Positions 36,164 through 49,469 of a stretch of 64,000 nt of DNA are shown piece by piece (the stretch's first letter is position 1; every line of letters begins with the position of its first letter). Under the pieces are notes generated by a model. That model ran no database searches and was not told the DNA's origin. It saw only the letters and a list, made by a program, of their open reading frames with translations. The stretch is from Chloroflexota bacterium (GTDB lineage: Bacteria; Chloroflexota; Dehalococcoidia; Dehalococcoidales; UBA2162), in assembly GCA_016190825.1 (NCBI GenBank), contig JACPPV010000039.1:10215-74214 (forward strand). The letters are read 5' to 3'. The translations under genes and the position numbers were made by a program.

Positions 36164-37262
36164 CTATTCCTCCTTTCCTGCAATCGACCTGAGGTAGGCG
36201 GTAATGAAATCATCGAGTCCGCCGGCAAGGACAGCCTCAGGGTCACCGGTCTGGAAGTCAGTTCGGTGATCCTTTACCATCTTGTAAGGGTGAAGGACAT
36301 AGCTTCTTATCTGGTTGCCCCAGCCGGCCTCCACGTGTTTGCCCTTCAGTTTTGCTTTCTCCTCAGCTTTTTTCACCAGTTCAGCCTCAAGCAGGCGCGA
36401 TTCAAGAATCCTGAACGCTATCTCCTTATTTTGAAGCTGAGAGCGCTCACTCTGACAGGTCACCACCGTCCCGGTGGGCAGATGAGTCAACCTCACCGCG
36501 GTGCTTGTCTTCTGCATATGCTGACCTCCCGGTCCGCTGGAGCGGAAGACATCAATCTTCACATCCTCCGTCCTTAGCAGGGCGTCAACATCCTTTTCCG
36601 CCTCCGGCAGGACCTCAACAAGGGCAAAGGAGGTGTGCCGGGCATGGTCTGAATCAAACGGGGAAAGGCGCACCAGGCGGTGAACGCCGTGCTCTGACTT
36701 CAGGTAACCGTAGGCGTAATCACCGCGAATCCCGATGGTGGCGCTCTTAATTCCAGCCTCCTCACCGGGGGTGGTTTCTAGAACTTCGGCTTCGTAGTCC
36801 CACCTCTCCGCCCAGCGCAGGTACATCCTCAGCAACATCTCTGCCCAGTCCTGGGATTCGGTACCGCCGGCGCCAGCGTGGATGGAAAGCAGGGCATTAC
36901 GGGAATCATATTCGCCACTGAATGCCAGCTCTAACTCTAGCTCATCGAGCCGTTCGGCGAAATCAGCAATCCGGGGTTCGATCTCCACAATCAGCGATGG
37001 ATCCTCCTCCGCCACTGCCAGGTCTTCGGCCAGCTCAGCTACCTTTTTCTCCTCCCTCCGCCATTTCTCCACTAGCCTGGACAACTGCCCCAGACGTCGC
37101 ATTGTCTTCTGGGCTTCAGCAGTATCTGACCAGAAATCCACCCGGGCCGACCGTTTCTCCAGCCCGGCAATTTCCCTTTCATGGCCGGCGATGTCAAAGA
37201 CGATCCATCATTGTGGAAATTCTCGACTGTAAATTTTGCACTGTTTCCCTCAGCTCAGACAC
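36164..37262 (-). CDS. prfB: Peptide chain release factor 2, requires programmed +1 frameshift
   Basis: ORF1 runs from GTG 37262 (GGAGG Shine-Dalgarno upstream), encodes VSELRETVQNLQSRISTMMDRL and ends at CTT TGA C (37193-37199). The +1 frame continues DIAGHEREIAGLEKRSARVDFW... into the track ORF, which carries the SPF motif (RLSPFDS) and GGQ motif (SSGPGGQHMQ). Confidence 0.9.
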
Positions 37263-37296
37263 TGATTGACCTCCTTTTTGGGGCCAGACATTCTAT

Positions 37297-38040
37297 CTAT
37301 CTATTTAGTATATCCGCGGTCAAACCCCTTTTCATCACATCGGCATCGCCGGATGCAGCACGGTGCGCCAGCCGTAACGGCTCGGGCACGCGATATCCCC
37401 GGCAGCACTGCATGACCCAAGGCACCGCCGCCGGCAGGCTGACTTTATGGCCCACTGAAACATATACCGGCTTCGTGCCTGTCCGCGTCCTCAAAGCCGC
37501 CCCGATAATCTCGCCGTTATCAAGTATGGGCGCATGACTGCCAGCCCCGGCAGATGGCTCTTCATACTGGCCGCAAAGCAATGACTTAGCGCAGCCAATG
37601 GTCGGCCTGTCAAGAAATAGCCCCAGGTGGCAGGCAAAGCCGAACCGCCTGGGATGAGCAAAACCCTGCCCGTCAATCAGGAACAGGTCAGGCGTCAGGT
37701 CCAGGCGCTCGCACGCAGCCAGCACCAGCGGCGCCTCCCGGAAAGACAGCAGTCCCGGTATATAGGGGAACCCCAGGGTTCCCTCAGCCACCCGGATCTC
37801 CATCGCTTCCAACTCAGGGTAGCTCAGCACAACAATTGCCGCTCTCGCCGGTCCGCCGCCCTTTCCGGTGGAAATGTCCACGCCGGCAACGAACCGAGCA
37901 GAGATTATCTCATCATTTTGTGACACTCTAGAAGCCAGGGAAAACTGAAGCGCCCTCGCTTCAGCCGCACCCACCTCCCAGCCGTGTAAATTGAGTACTC
38001 TCACCATTGAGATTATAGTGTTTCCTGGCTTTAAAGACAA
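37297..38040 (-). CDS. nfi: Endonuclease V
   Basis: [20 protein letters not shown] and [21 protein letters not shown] motifs. The true start may be internal. Confidence 0.85.
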   Translation of the reverse strand: MSLKPGNTIISMVRVLNLHGWEVGAAEARALQFSLASRVSQNDEIISARFVAGVDISTGKGGGPARAAIVVLSYPELEAMEIRVAEGTLGFPYIPGLLSFREAPLVLAACERLDLTPDLFLIDGQGFAHPRRFGFACHLGLFLDRPTIGCAKSLLCGQYEEPSAGAGSHAPILDNGEIIGAALRTRTGTKPVYVSVGHKVSLPAAVPWVMQCCRGYRVPEPLRLAHRAASGDADVMKRGLTADILNR

Positions 38041-38103
38041 CTTTCTGAAGCTGACACAAACTTGACAGCCAGCAATTTATGGCGCATAATAGAACTACTT
38101 CAA

Positions 38104-38367
38104 ATGGTAAAAATCAGGTTGCGCCGTGTTGGCGCCAAGAACCAACCAAGCTACCGTCTGGTGGCCGCAGATTCGCGTTCCCCCCGCGATGGAGCTTTTA
38201 TCAGTATTATTGGCCACTACAATCCCCTGACCGATCCGGAAACAGTCACCATTGACGAAGAGAAAGCGCTCTACTGGCTTAGAATGGGTGCCCAACCGAC
38301 GGCCACTGCGGCCAGACTCTTAACCAAGGCTGGAATCCTCCAGAAGTTCAAAGCCGTCAAGGAGTAA
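38104..38367 (+). CDS. rpsP: 30S ribosomal protein S16
   Basis: [42 protein letters not shown]. The internal ATG was chosen over the track start at 38062. Confidence 0.9.
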   Translation: MVKIRLRRVGAKNQPSYRLVAADSRSPRDGAFISIIGHYNPLTDPETVTIDEEKALYWLRMGAQPTATAARLLTKAGILQKFKAVKE

Positions 38368-38369
38368 AC

Positions 38370-38597
38370 ATGAAAGAACTAGTGGAATACATCGCCAGAT
38401 CAATCGTCAATGATCCAGATAAGGTAGTGGTCACCGAAGAGTCAAATGAGCAGGGTATCACACTCAAGTTACAGGTGGCGGATGAGGACAAGGGAAGAGT
38501 CATCGGGAAGCAGGGCCGGATCGCCGAGGCGATGCGCACTTTGATCAGAGTCAAGGCAGCCAAGAACGGCACCAGGGCCACCCTCGAGATTACGTGA
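38370..38597 (+). CDS. KH-domain RNA-binding protein (YlqC/UPF0109 family)
   Basis: MKELVEYIARSIVNDPDKVVV...DKGRVIGKQGRIAEAMRTLI contains the GxxG KH motif. Canonical position after rpsP. Confidence 0.85.
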   Translation: MKELVEYIARSIVNDPDKVVVTEESNEQGITLKLQVADEDKGRVIGKQGRIAEAMRTLIRVKAAKNGTRATLEIT

Positions 38598-38807
38598 TTA
38601 TCTGCCCATAACTGCGCAAGGGGATACTTCCCGAGCCGGCAGACTGTATGATCCCGAAAACCCGCCAGCCCCTGAGAAATCAAGGAATAAGGCGGTTTTA
38701 TTTTTTCCTGGAAGAGTGTCACCGCTTGAGATCAGTCCCCCACAGTTGAGAAGGAGATGGTTTTTGTTTTAGAGTATGTTTGTGGCCGGCGGCTAAGGAG
38801 ATAGCGG

Positions 38808-40223
38808 ATGGATAGTACGACTGAGAGCGAACGCTGGGTAATCTGCCCGGTGTGCCGGCAAGCTAATCCGGTGGGGACCGAGTTTTGCCGCCATTGCTGG
38901 GGGGCAGCAATTCACGTCAACAGCCGGGTGATGTCAGACACCGAACTGGCGCGCTGGCAAACACGCTTAAAGTGCCGGAAATGGGGCAAACCGCTTGCGA
39001 TCGCCATGACCGGAGCCGCTATCGTCGGGTTGGCAGTTTTCTTTTTTCTGTTCCACCTTACCGATTCCATATCCAGGCCGGAAGTCAGCCTGAGCTCCAG
39101 TTCACGCATCGGAGAATGGGCGATGTTCCGCCACGATATCAGCCATTCCGGCGCCACCGGTGAGACTGCCGTTGTGCCCCAGGGTATTGTGAAGTGGACT
39201 TTCCCGACCGGGGGCGCTATTCATTCATCGCCGGCGATCGCCGCGGGCACGGTCTACTTCGGCTCAACAGATGGTCGGCTCTACGCAGTTGATGCCGCCA
39301 CCGGAGAGAAACGCTGGGACTACCTAGTCGGAAGCTGGATTGAGACATCACCGTCCGTTGCTAACGGAATAGTCTATTTCGGTTCGAATGATGGCGTCTT
39401 CCATGCCGTTGATGCCAGGACAGGCACAAAACTCTGGGATTTTCCAACCCGGTTTCCAGTTGCCTCCTCCCCCGCCATTGCCGGGGATATCGTCTATTTT
39501 GGCGCGGACGACTACAATATCTACGCTCTTAACGCAAAGACAGGTAAGAAAATATGGGCGCGTTCGCTCGGAGGCTCCGTTAAATCCCCCCCAGTGATTG
39601 CCGGAGGTATCCTTTTTGTTGGTGTAGGCAACGAGTACTTCTACGCTCTGGACCCAATTTCCGGCCGGACGCGACTCCAGTTTATGTCTTTCGCCTCCGT
39701 GTACTCCGCTGGTGCGATCAGCAATGATACGCTTTATTTCGGCAACCGCGAAGGCATCCTGTTCGCCGTGAACGCCAGCGCCCGTAGCTGGCCACGGGAG
39801 CATTTCCTGAGACCCTACTGGGTGCAGGCTTATTTAATGGGATTACCGGGCGTGCCCCGCCCCGGGGCGCAATCCGGTTTCCTCTGGAGCACGAAGCTGG
39901 GAAAATTAATTTATTCGTCGCCGACGGTAGCCGGCAATAACCTTTACATCGGGGCGGATAACAATTTAGTGGCGATCAATCTCCAGCAACGCGAAAAACT
40001 GTGGGAGTTCAAGACGGGTGGCCTGATCAACTCCTCCCCCGCCGTAGTCAATGACGTGGTTTACATCGGCAGCAACGACGGGCGGCTGCACGCCATAAGC
40101 GCCACCAGCGGGACAAAGCTGTGGGATATTCAAACCGGAGGCAAGGTTATGACTTCCCCGGCGGTGGCTGATGGGACAGTCTTCTTCGCCTCTGAAGACG
40201 GCAGGCTATACGCCGTTAAGTAG
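38808..40223 (+). CDS. PQQ-like beta-propeller repeat protein with N-terminal zinc ribbon and one TM
   Basis: CPVCRQ...CRHC, then TM LAIAMTGAAIVGLAVFFFLF. About 8 repeats of G(T/I)VYFGSxDGxLYAVDAxTGxKxW follow. Confidence 0.8.
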   Translation: MDSTTESERWVICPVCRQANPVGTEFCRHCWGAAIHVNSRVMSDTELARWQTRLKCRKWGKPLAIAMTGAAIVGLAVFFFLFHLTDSISRPEVSLSSSSRIGEWAMFRHDISHSGATGETAVVPQGIVKWTFPTGGAIHSSPAIAAGTVYFGSTDGRLYAVDAATGEKRWDYLVGSWIETSPSVANGIVYFGSNDGVFHAVDARTGTKLWDFPTRFPVASSPAIAGDIVYFGADDYNIYALNAKTGKKIWARSLGGSVKSPPVIAGGILFVGVGNEYFYALDPISGRTRLQFMSFASVYSAGAISNDTLYFGNREGILFAVNASARSWPREHFLRPYWVQAYLMGLPGVPRPGAQSGFLWSTKLGKLIYSSPTVAGNNLYIGADNNLVAINLQQREKLWEFKTGGLINSSPAVVNDVVYIGSNDGRLHAISATSGTKLWDIQTGGKVMTSPAVADGTVFFASEDGRLYAVK

Positions 40224-40421
40224 GCGGCATCTCCCGGTATACTACTCATGTGCTTCTTTCTCAGCAGAGGTAAGCATTCCTGTCACACCCTGAGCACATT
40301 CCCCTTCACAGTGGTATCGCATCGCCCTGGTCTTTTTGCTTATTCTTTTGCCCAGCGTTCCTGGTATGCTCTTACGTAATCGAAGTTTGCTTAACTGGTT
40401 TTGGCTTAGCTGGTTTTGCCT

Positions 40422-40553
40422 TTATAGGCGGCACAACGAGTTTGCGTATTTCTGCCCGACTTGAGAAAGTGAATGAAGATTACCATCGCCTTTTAGACCG
40501 AGGCGAAGGGCGAGAGCTTCTTTTTCACGTGGTGTCAATTTATCTAATGACAT
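40422..40553 (-). pseudogene. Possible remnant of a sigma-70 region-4 HTH (43 codons)
   Basis: MSLDKLTPREKEALALRLGLKGDGNLHSLSQVGQKYANSLCRL resembles L.prEr.vl.LRfGL.dg...sL.evG of sigma region 4.2. No regions 2 or 3 lie upstream. Confidence 0.25.
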
Positions 40554-40653
40554 TCGATAAGGCCGCGTCCAACGGGGACATTCCGCCGATGAAGGCAGTC
40601 GCCAGCACGACGACAGCGGAGACACGAAACAATCTCTTGCTTCCGAAAGACTA

Positions 40654-41073
40654 CTACAGTGTTGTTCTCCGCCGTCTTCTTTCAGCGACCTTGATGCGGA
40701 GCATCGCCCGGTGCAGGGACGCTTCCGCCCTGGCGGCATCAATTCCCGGGACAACGTGGGCAAGGCGTTCCTCAGCCCGGCGTTTCGCTGCCTCAGCCCG
40801 CTCCAGGTCGATCTCTTCCGCCCTTTCGGCTACATCCGCCAGCACAATGACGCGGTCAGGCCTTACCTCAAGGAATCCGCCGGAAATAGCGAGGGAAAAT
40901 TCCTCTCCGCCCTTTCTGACAACCAGCTCGCCAGTTTGCAGCGTGGTCATCAAGGGAGCATGGTAGGGCAGGATTCCGAGCTGCCCCTCAACCCCCGGCG
41001 CCACCACTATATTTACATCATCGGAGAAGACCACCCGCTCAGCCGTCACCACGTCAAGCCTGATGGAAGACAT
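40654..41073 (-). CDS. atpC: F1 ATP synthase epsilon subunit
   Basis: [38 protein letters not shown]. Follows atpD. Confidence 0.9.
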   Translation of the reverse strand: MSSIRLDVVTAERVVFSDDVNIVVAPGVEGQLGILPYHAPLMTTLQTGELVVRKGGEEFSLAISGGFLEVRPDRVIVLADVAERAEEIDLERAEAAKRRAEERLAHVVPGIDAARAEASLHRAMLRIKVAERRRRRTTL

Positions 41074-41075
41074 CG

Positions 41076-43378
<2,303 letters not shown>

Positions 43379-43423
43379 GCTACCTTATCCCCCTTGTTGC
43401 CTGCTGCATCTTTCAACCCTCTA

Positions 43424-44938
43424 CTATTGAGAGGCGTAACCCTTCTTAAATTCCTGTATGGCTGCCTTCAGCACGTCTTCGATTTCCGGCGTAAGGTCCT
43501 TCTTCTCCTCGATGCTGCCCTTCAAGTCCGGATGATTAGCGCTCATGAACTGGTGGAATCTCGGCTCAAAAGTCCCGAGCTGCTCAACGGCAACATCGTC
43601 GAGGTAGCCATTGATTGCCGCATAGAGAATTATCACCTGGTCTGCAAGTGACATCGGGGTGTACTGGGGCTGTTTCAGCACCTCGGTGATTCGCCGTCCC
43701 CGTTCGAGCTGCGCCCTGGTCGAGGGGTCAAGCTCGGAGGTGCCGAACTGGGCAAAAGCCGCCAACTCACGGAACTGCGCCAGTTCCAGGCGCAGACGGC
43801 CCGCCACACGTCTCATCGCTCTGGTTTGAGCGCTGCTGCCGACCCTTGATACAGATAGACCAACGTTCAGCGCCGGACGCTGCCCGGCATTAAACAGATC
43901 TGACTCTAGGTATATCTGACCATCGGTAATTGAGATGACATTGGTGGGGATGTAAGCGGAAACGTCACCCGCCTGCGTTTCGATAATCGGCAGAGCAGTC
44001 AGTGAACCGCCGCCACGCTCGTCTGACAGCCTGGCAGCCCGCTCCAGCAGGCGGCTGTGGAGGTAAAATACATCGCCAGGATATGCCTCCCGCCCCGGCG
44101 GCCGCCTCAGCAAGAGTGAAAGCTGGCGGTATGCCCAGGCGTGCTTGGAAAGGTCATCAAAGATGACAAGCGCATCCTTACCCTGTTCCATGAACTCTTC
44201 CCCCATAGCACAGCCGGCGTAGGGAGCAAGATATTGCAGCGCCACCGAGTCTGAGGCATTAGCAGCGACAACAATGGTGTGTTCCATGGCGCCATGCTGT
44301 TCGAGAGTTGCCACCGTCCTGGCCACCTTGGACACCTTCTGCCCGATAGCCACGTAGATACAGATAAGGTTACCGCCCTTCTGATTTATTATCGTGTCCA
44401 GGCAGATTGCCGTCTTACCCGTCGAGCGGTCGCCGATAATCAGTTCCCGTTGCCCGCGTCCGATGGGGATCAGGCTATCAATCGCCTTGATGCCGGTCTG
44501 CACCGGCGTATTCACCGGCGCCCGGACGGCAACGTTGGGCGCAATCCGCTCTACCGCCCTGGTCCTCTCCGTCTTGATGGCGCCCTTGCCATCGAGGGGA
44601 CGACCAACCGGGTCAACTACGCGTCCGACGAGCGCATCGCCCACCGGGACCTCGGCAATGCGTCCGGTGGTGCGCACCTCATCGCCCTCTCTAACCCGGG
44701 TATAATCGCCAAGAATAACGGATGACACGCCTTCCTCTTCAAGATTCATAGCGATTCCCACGATATCGTGCGGGAACTGGAGCAGCTCGTTATACTTGGC
44801 AGCGGCCAGACCGTGGATGCGCGCGATGCCGTCACCCACCTCAATCACCGTGCCGACATCAACCATCGCCGCAGCCGCGCCAAACTGCTCTATTTGCTGT
44901 CTAATGACTGAAACTATGTCCTGTCCTCTTGTTGTCAT
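43424..44938 (-). CDS. atpA: F1 ATP synthase alpha subunit
   Basis: Walker A GDRSTGKT, plus [41 protein letters not shown]. Confidence 0.95.
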   Translation of the reverse strand: MTTRGQDIVSVIRQQIEQFGAAAAMVDVGTVIEVGDGIARIHGLAAAKYNELLQFPHDIVGIAMNLEEEGVSSVILGDYTRVREGDEVRTTGRIAEVPVGDALVGRVVDPVGRPLDGKGAIKTERTRAVERIAPNVAVRAPVNTPVQTGIKAIDSLIPIGRGQRELIIGDRSTGKTAICLDTIINQKGGNLICIYVAIGQKVSKVARTVATLEQHGAMEHTIVVAANASDSVALQYLAPYAGCAMGEEFMEQGKDALVIFDDLSKHAWAYRQLSLLLRRPPGREAYPGDVFYLHSRLLERAARLSDERGGGSLTALPIIETQAGDVSAYIPTNVISITDGQIYLESDLFNAGQRPALNVGLSVSRVGSSAQTRAMRRVAGRLRLELAQFRELAAFAQFGTSELDPSTRAQLERGRRITEVLKQPQYTPMSLADQVIILYAAINGYLDDVAVEQLGTFEPRFHQFMSANHPDLKGSIEEKKDLTPEIEDVLKAAIQEFKKGYASQ

Positions 44939-44957
44939 ACAGTAGTAACCTCCCCAA

Positions 44958-45497
44958 TCATCGCTTAGCTGAGCCCAATACCCCCTTCAGCGCTTCAAGC
45001 CGGGTCCGGGTACTGCCATCAAACAGCTTTCCCCCGACCCGCGCAACCACTCCGCCCAGCAAACCAGTGTCCACAGAAGTCTTGAGCGTCACCTTCTTGC
45101 CGACCATTGCCTCCAGGCGCCGGACCAGCCCTGCCCGGTCCTCTTCATCAAGCGGCACGGCGGTAACCACCTCTGCCGCCTCAATGCCCCGGTGGCTGTC
45201 CAGCAACTCCTGGTACTCTGCAGCGATATCACCTACCAGGCCAAACCTGTTTCTCGCCACCAGGAGATACACCAGGCTTAGAGCCAGCGGATTGACGCCG
45301 GCAAGCTCCGCAGACAATAACCTCGTTTTATCATCAAAACGCACCTTGGGATTCCCCAGCACCGCCACGAGCGCCGCATCCTCACCAAGCTTGCTGATCT
45401 TTACAAGATCAGCAAGCCACAAGTCCGGCTCTTGCTTTTCCAGAGCGATTTGGAATACAGCCTGTGCATAACGCCTGCCAGAAGCCCTTCTTGCCAC
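44958..45497 (-). CDS. atpH: F1 ATP synthase delta (OSCP) subunit
   Basis: [15 protein letters not shown]-terminus, 179 aa, located between atpF and atpA. Confidence 0.85.
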   Translation of the reverse strand: MARRASGRRYAQAVFQIALEKQEPDLWLADLVKISKLGEDAALVAVLGNPKVRFDDKTRLLSAELAGVNPLALSLVYLLVARNRFGLVGDIAAEYQELLDSHRGIEAAEVVTAVPLDEEDRAGLVRRLEAMVGKKVTLKTSVDTGLLGGVVARVGGKLFDGSTRTRLEALKGVLGSAKR

Positions 45498-45532
45498 ACT
45501 ATCTCCTGAAATAGATTATGGATTACTGTTTT

Positions 45533-46042
45533 TCAGTTCTTCCTGAATGTGCTGCTTTCCTCGAGGGTTTTGTCAATAAGCTGACGGTGTGACTCCTTGT
45601 CAAGAGAGCGCTCGATAACCTTTTCCGCTGCCAGCACCGCCAGGTCAGCAAACTCCCGGCGCAGCTCACCAATAGCCTCATCCCGCTCCCGCTGAATTTC
45701 CCCTCTTGCCCGGGCAATAAGCGCCTCACCTTCACGTCTTGCGTCCTGCTGCGCCTGCTGGCGGACCTCCTCGCCCGTTTTCACCGCCCGGGCGATTATC
45801 TCCTGCCCTTCTCTACTGGCTGCCTCGATTCTTTTCTTGCTCTCCTCTTCCGCTCTGGCCGCCTGCTCCTTTACCCGTTCGGTCTGCTCAACACCTTCCT
45901 TGACCCGCCGGGAGCGCTCATCGAGCACCCGCAAGATAGGCTTGTAAGCTACGAAGTAGAGCAAAATAAAGAGTATACCAAAATTAACAATTTGAGCAAT
46001 CAGCCCTGGCAGATTTATACCAAGCTCGGCTAAACTTTCCAT
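45533..46042 (-). CDS. atpF: Fo ATP synthase b subunit
   Basis: One N-terminal TM followed by a long charged helix (ERSRRVKEGVEQTERVKEQAARAEEESKKRIEAA). Confidence 0.85.
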   Translation of the reverse strand: MESLAELGINLPGLIAQIVNFGILFILLYFVAYKPILRVLDERSRRVKEGVEQTERVKEQAARAEEESKKRIEAASREGQEIIARAVKTGEEVRQQAQQDARREGEALIARARGEIQRERDEAIGELRREFADLAVLAAEKVIERSLDKESHRQLIDKTLEESSTFRKN

Positions 46043-46085
46043 ATTGACTCTCCTTTATCCAGAACTTCCCCGTTAATGGATTAGC

Positions 46086-46205
46086 CTAGCCGGTAAACGC
46101 TACCACCAGCACCGCCGTCAGCACGGCACCGGCGATCACCGCAGCCGTTATGATAGCGGCGTTGATAAGGACGGCTATGAACGTCGGAATTCCCTCTTGT
46201 CCCAT
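46086..46205 (-). CDS. Possible 39-aa hydrophobic peptide between atpE and atpF
   Basis: My translation is MGQEGIPTFIAVLINAAIITAAVIAGAVLTAVLVVAFTG. Not in the ORF track. It lies in a 188-bp gap inside the atp operon. Confidence 0.3.
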   Translation of the reverse strand: MGQEGIPTFIAVLINAAIITAAVIAGAVLTAVLVVAFTG

Positions 46206-46230
46206 CAGTTCTCTCCTCTATCTCTAAACG

Positions 46231-46464
<234 letters not shown>

Positions 46465-46498
46465 TTACCTCCTCTTTTTGACTTCAGTTCGTATGCAA

Positions 46499-47455
46499 CT
46501 AATGATGAGATGATTCTTCTTCGTGACCATGAGCCGCCACCGCTACAGTCATGAAAACCAGTGTCAAACTGGCAAAAATAAATGCTTGTATCAGGCCAAC
46601 AAGCAGCTCCAATCCATAAAAGGGCAGAGCAAATACCCAGGGAATAAGGAACATTGCCACCAGAAGCAGTATCTCGCCGGCGGTCATGTTCCCGAAAAGT
46701 CTAAGCGTAAAGCTGATAATGCGGATAAACTCGCTCAATCCCTCCAGCAGTCCAACAAATATATTGATTAAGCCGGTAAACAACCCGGACACCGCTGCCT
46801 TGACATGCCCCGTGAAAAGCAGCTTAATGCTGTTCAAAAGCGAACCAACGGCAATGAACTTGCCCAGGTATCGGATACCCAGCGAACTCAACCCCATGAA
46901 TTCGATAAACACAAATGAGATGATCGCCACTCCCAGCGGGGTATTGATATCGGTATTGGCGCCGCGGAGCAGGTGCACCTCGTGCTCCCCGGTGATGACC
47001 AGGATAGAGCCGTACCCCGGCAGGAGGCTGAGCCAGGCATTAAAGGCGACGAACAGGAAAATCGTGGCGACAATTGGGAAAAAGCGCCGCCCGTTTTTCT
47101 CCCCGGCCACGCTGTTGCAGAAGTTGAGCAATCCTTCCAACACCAATTCCACGATAGCCTGGCGCCGCCCCGGCACCAGTTCCAGCCTCCTGGTCGCTAG
47201 AAAACTGAAAGCTACTAGGAATATGACCGTGATCCAGGCAGCGATGATGCTGTTGGTCACCGGGAAGCCAAGAAGGTGGAAAATTACCTCTGCCGGAAGC
47301 TCCGGGTGCGGTCTGGCCGGGACCAGCCACTCCGGGAAGCCCAGAACATTCTTGCCAATCGCTCCGGTTAGAAGACCGGCACCAAACAAAGCGACAACAG
47401 CTACAATGCCAATAAGCATCGGTGGGGATAAGCCCAGAAGCCGCTTTTTTTGCAC
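46499..47455 (-). CDS. atpB: Fo ATP synthase a subunit
   Basis: Polytopic. Conserved Arg region ISFTLRLFGNMTAGE. 318 aa, so it has an N-terminal extension. Confidence 0.9.
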   Translation of the reverse strand: MQKKRLLGLSPPMLIGIVAVVALFGAGLLTGAIGKNVLGFPEWLVPARPHPELPAEVIFHLLGFPVTNSIIAAWITVIFLVAFSFLATRRLELVPGRRQAIVELVLEGLLNFCNSVAGEKNGRRFFPIVATIFLFVAFNAWLSLLPGYGSILVITGEHEVHLLRGANTDINTPLGVAIISFVFIEFMGLSSLGIRYLGKFIAVGSLLNSIKLLFTGHVKAAVSGLFTGLINIFVGLLEGLSEFIRIISFTLRLFGNMTAGEILLLVAMFLIPWVFALPFYGLELLVGLIQAFIFASLTLVFMTVAVAAHGHEEESSHH

Positions 47456-47688
47456 TATCTCTTCCCCTTATTCCTCTTCTGATTGTTCTTGCTGATATTC
47501 GGCAGAATCATCCGGTAAACACCGTAAAAGGCCACGAAAATTCCGGCGAGGAGGCCAACGATAACCATCAGCGGTGTGGTACCAAGTTTGCTATCCAACC
47601 AGAGCCCGCCGAGCACTCCCAGCAGGATACAGGTACCCACGTACCAGCCCATGCCGATAAGCTGTAAGGCGAGCTCCCACCGGCGCAT
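47455..47688 (-). CDS. AtpZ/AtpI-like small membrane protein preceding the atp operon
   Basis: 77 aa with two TM helices (GMGWYVGTCILLGVLGGLWLD.. / LMVIVGLLAGIFVAFYGVY). Its stop overlaps the atpB start. Confidence 0.7.
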   Translation of the reverse strand: MRRWELALQLIGMGWYVGTCILLGVLGGLWLDSKLGTTPLMVIVGLLAGIFVAFYGVYRMILPNISKNNQKRNKGKR

Positions 47689-47778
47689 CTCACCGGCAGG
47701 ATAGCAGACCTACCCCTTTATTTCAAGCCCACCCCCTGGTTGTATCATCGCGGCGGTTCTGGCGCCGAACCATCAACA

Positions 47779-47808
47779 AAAAGCCCTAGGCTTATAACCT
47801 GGGGCTTT
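47779..47808 (-). terminator. Stem-loop, probable intrinsic terminator after the BFN nuclease gene
   Basis: aaagcccta (47779-47787) pairs with tggggcttt (47800-47808), giving a 9-bp stem. T-rich tracts lie on both sides. Confidence 0.4.
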
Positions 47809-47942
47809 GAGTTTTTCTGAATTTATTTGTCATGAGATTCTGGAACAAGCAACCTTTCACAATTGAACCTGTAAATAAACCGCTAAGATTCTAATGCAAT
47901 ATCAACCTTTTTGCAAGGGGTATTAGCGCTATTTTCATAAAA

Positions 47943-48518
47943 TCATGACCTGCGCTTGCCGAAATCATCCAGGTCAAGCTGGTCAATGAACTCACGGAAG
48001 GCAGACATCCTTTTCAATTCATCTTCGGAGACCTTATCTTTGCCGTCCGCCAGCGCTTTCTCATCACCGAGCAGCTTCCCGGTCTCCCGGTCAAGCAGGA
48101 TACCGGCCTTTTCCAGCACCGATTCGTCCACGTAAATAGGCACCTCCACCCTCACTGCCAGCGCCAGGGCATCGCTCGGGCGGGAGTCAACCTCAACCTG
48201 GTGGCCGTCAACGTTCAGGATAATTTTGGCATAGAAGACATCGTTTTTCAGCTCGGTGACGATTATGGAATTGACCCTGGCCCCGAGGGCATCAACCACC
48301 GAGCGCAGCAGGTCATGGGAAAGGGGCCGTTCGAGCTTGACTCCCTGGAGTTTTACCGCGATCGCATCAGCCTCAGCCGGGCCGATCCAGATTGGCAGAT
48401 AACGGTCAGCGGTTTTCTCTTTCAGAATCACCACCCGCTGATAGTTCATCAGACTTACGCGAATGCTATCAATCGTCACCTCAATCACGGCAAGACCTCC
48501 TCCCGATAATCCCGACAC
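47943..48518 (-). CDS. Bifunctional nuclease (BFN/DUF151) family protein with C-terminal acidic/UVR-like tail
   Basis: VILKEKTADRYLPIWIGPAEADAIAVKLQGVKLERPLSHDLL...FYAKIIL...VDSRPSDALALAVR. Confidence 0.8.
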   Translation of the reverse strand: MSGLSGGGLAVIEVTIDSIRVSLMNYQRVVILKEKTADRYLPIWIGPAEADAIAVKLQGVKLERPLSHDLLRSVVDALGARVNSIIVTELKNDVFYAKIILNVDGHQVEVDSRPSDALALAVRVEVPIYVDESVLEKAGILLDRETGKLLGDEKALADGKDKVSEDELKRMSAFREFIDQLDLDDFGKRRS

Positions 48519-48557
48519 ATCGGGATAATTCTACTCCCCACTCCACCGAGTGTCAAC

Positions 48558-49097
48558 CTACTTCCAGCAGCCCCGCATGAAGCGTCCGTCGATGCTGACG
48601 ACCTTGTCTGCCACCTCCCGCAGGGGTACGGAAGTCCGCTCCTTGCCGAAGAGCGCCACCTCCACATTCTTGCCATTATCCTTAACCGCCTGGAGGGCGC
48701 CAACATAATCGCCGTCCTCCGAAACGAGGATGGCAATATCATAGTTGTTCTTGAAGCTGTGGGTCAAAAGGTCGGTGGTGAGCATAATATCCACGCCTTT
48801 TTCGTACGGGGGCGAGTTTGGCCAGCCGGCGTAGACCAGGCGTCCGAGGCGCACCTCGCAGTAGGGAATCATGCGGACGCTGGAGAACCAGGCCTGCTGG
48901 CTCTGGTACCTCTCCGCCTCCTCCCTCCGCCCGACGAGGGCGTTGTAATAGTAAATCCTTATCAGCCGGCGCTTCTCCACCAGCTTCTCGCAGAACTTCT
49001 CTAGGTTGATATCCGTCCGCTTGAAGTGGTTCTTCAGGGAGTGGTACATGTTAGAGCCGTCAATGAATATCATCACCCGGTCATTTCGGTAGGTCAT
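48558..49097 (-). CDS. NYN-domain (LabA-like) protein
   Basis: VMIFIDGSNMYHSL...GVDIMLTTDLL...YDIAILVSEDGDYVGAL shows the Asp-rich PIN-like NYN pattern. Confidence 0.8.
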   Translation of the reverse strand: MTYRNDRVMIFIDGSNMYHSLKNHFKRTDINLEKFCEKLVEKRRLIRIYYYNALVGRREEAERYQSQQAWFSSVRMIPYCEVRLGRLVYAGWPNSPPYEKGVDIMLTTDLLTHSFKNNYDIAILVSEDGDYVGALQAVKDNGKNVEVALFGKERTSVPLREVADKVVSIDGRFMRGCWK

Positions 49098-49138
49098 AAG
49101 TTACCTTCTTTCACCGATTTTTCGAGTTCACGCTCAGG

Positions 49139-49432
49139 TCAGAAACAGGAGTAGGTGACGGACTCATCCTTGTTGGACTTGGCAGCAGCGATATCTTCCT
49201 TAAGCAGCTTTACCGTCTCCTCAGCGAGGTCTAGTTGCGATGCCATCCTGACCGCCTTGCGCAATACATTCAACGGCACATCTACCTCCCCGCTGCCGTA
49301 ATCATTAAGGTAAGAATGAAAACCAGCTTCCGATTCCGCCTCAATGAAGTCTACCAGTTTCCTGTCCTGGTACACATTGAAGCTGGGTTCTGCATACGTA
49401 ATTCGAACGACACGATATGCTCTTACGCTCAT
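49139..49432 (-). CDS. Hypothetical protein (97 aa)
   Basis: Clean ORF downstream of the R-M pair. Lower GC than the core genes. No motif recognised. Confidence 0.5.
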   Translation of the reverse strand: MSVRAYRVVRITYAEPSFNVYQDRKLVDFIEAESEAGFHSYLNDYGSGEVDVPLNVLRKAVRMASQLDLAEETVKLLKEDIAAAKSNKDESVTYSCF

Positions 49433-49469
49433 AGCTAGTCCTCGATAGTCAACTTTTATAGAACAAGGG

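Noticed and set aside
40391-40420. Direct repeat ttaactggttttggc / ttagctggttttgcc downstream of the PQQ protein gene.
   Set aside because: There are only two imperfect 15-bp units and no associated feature. Significance is too weak for a claim.
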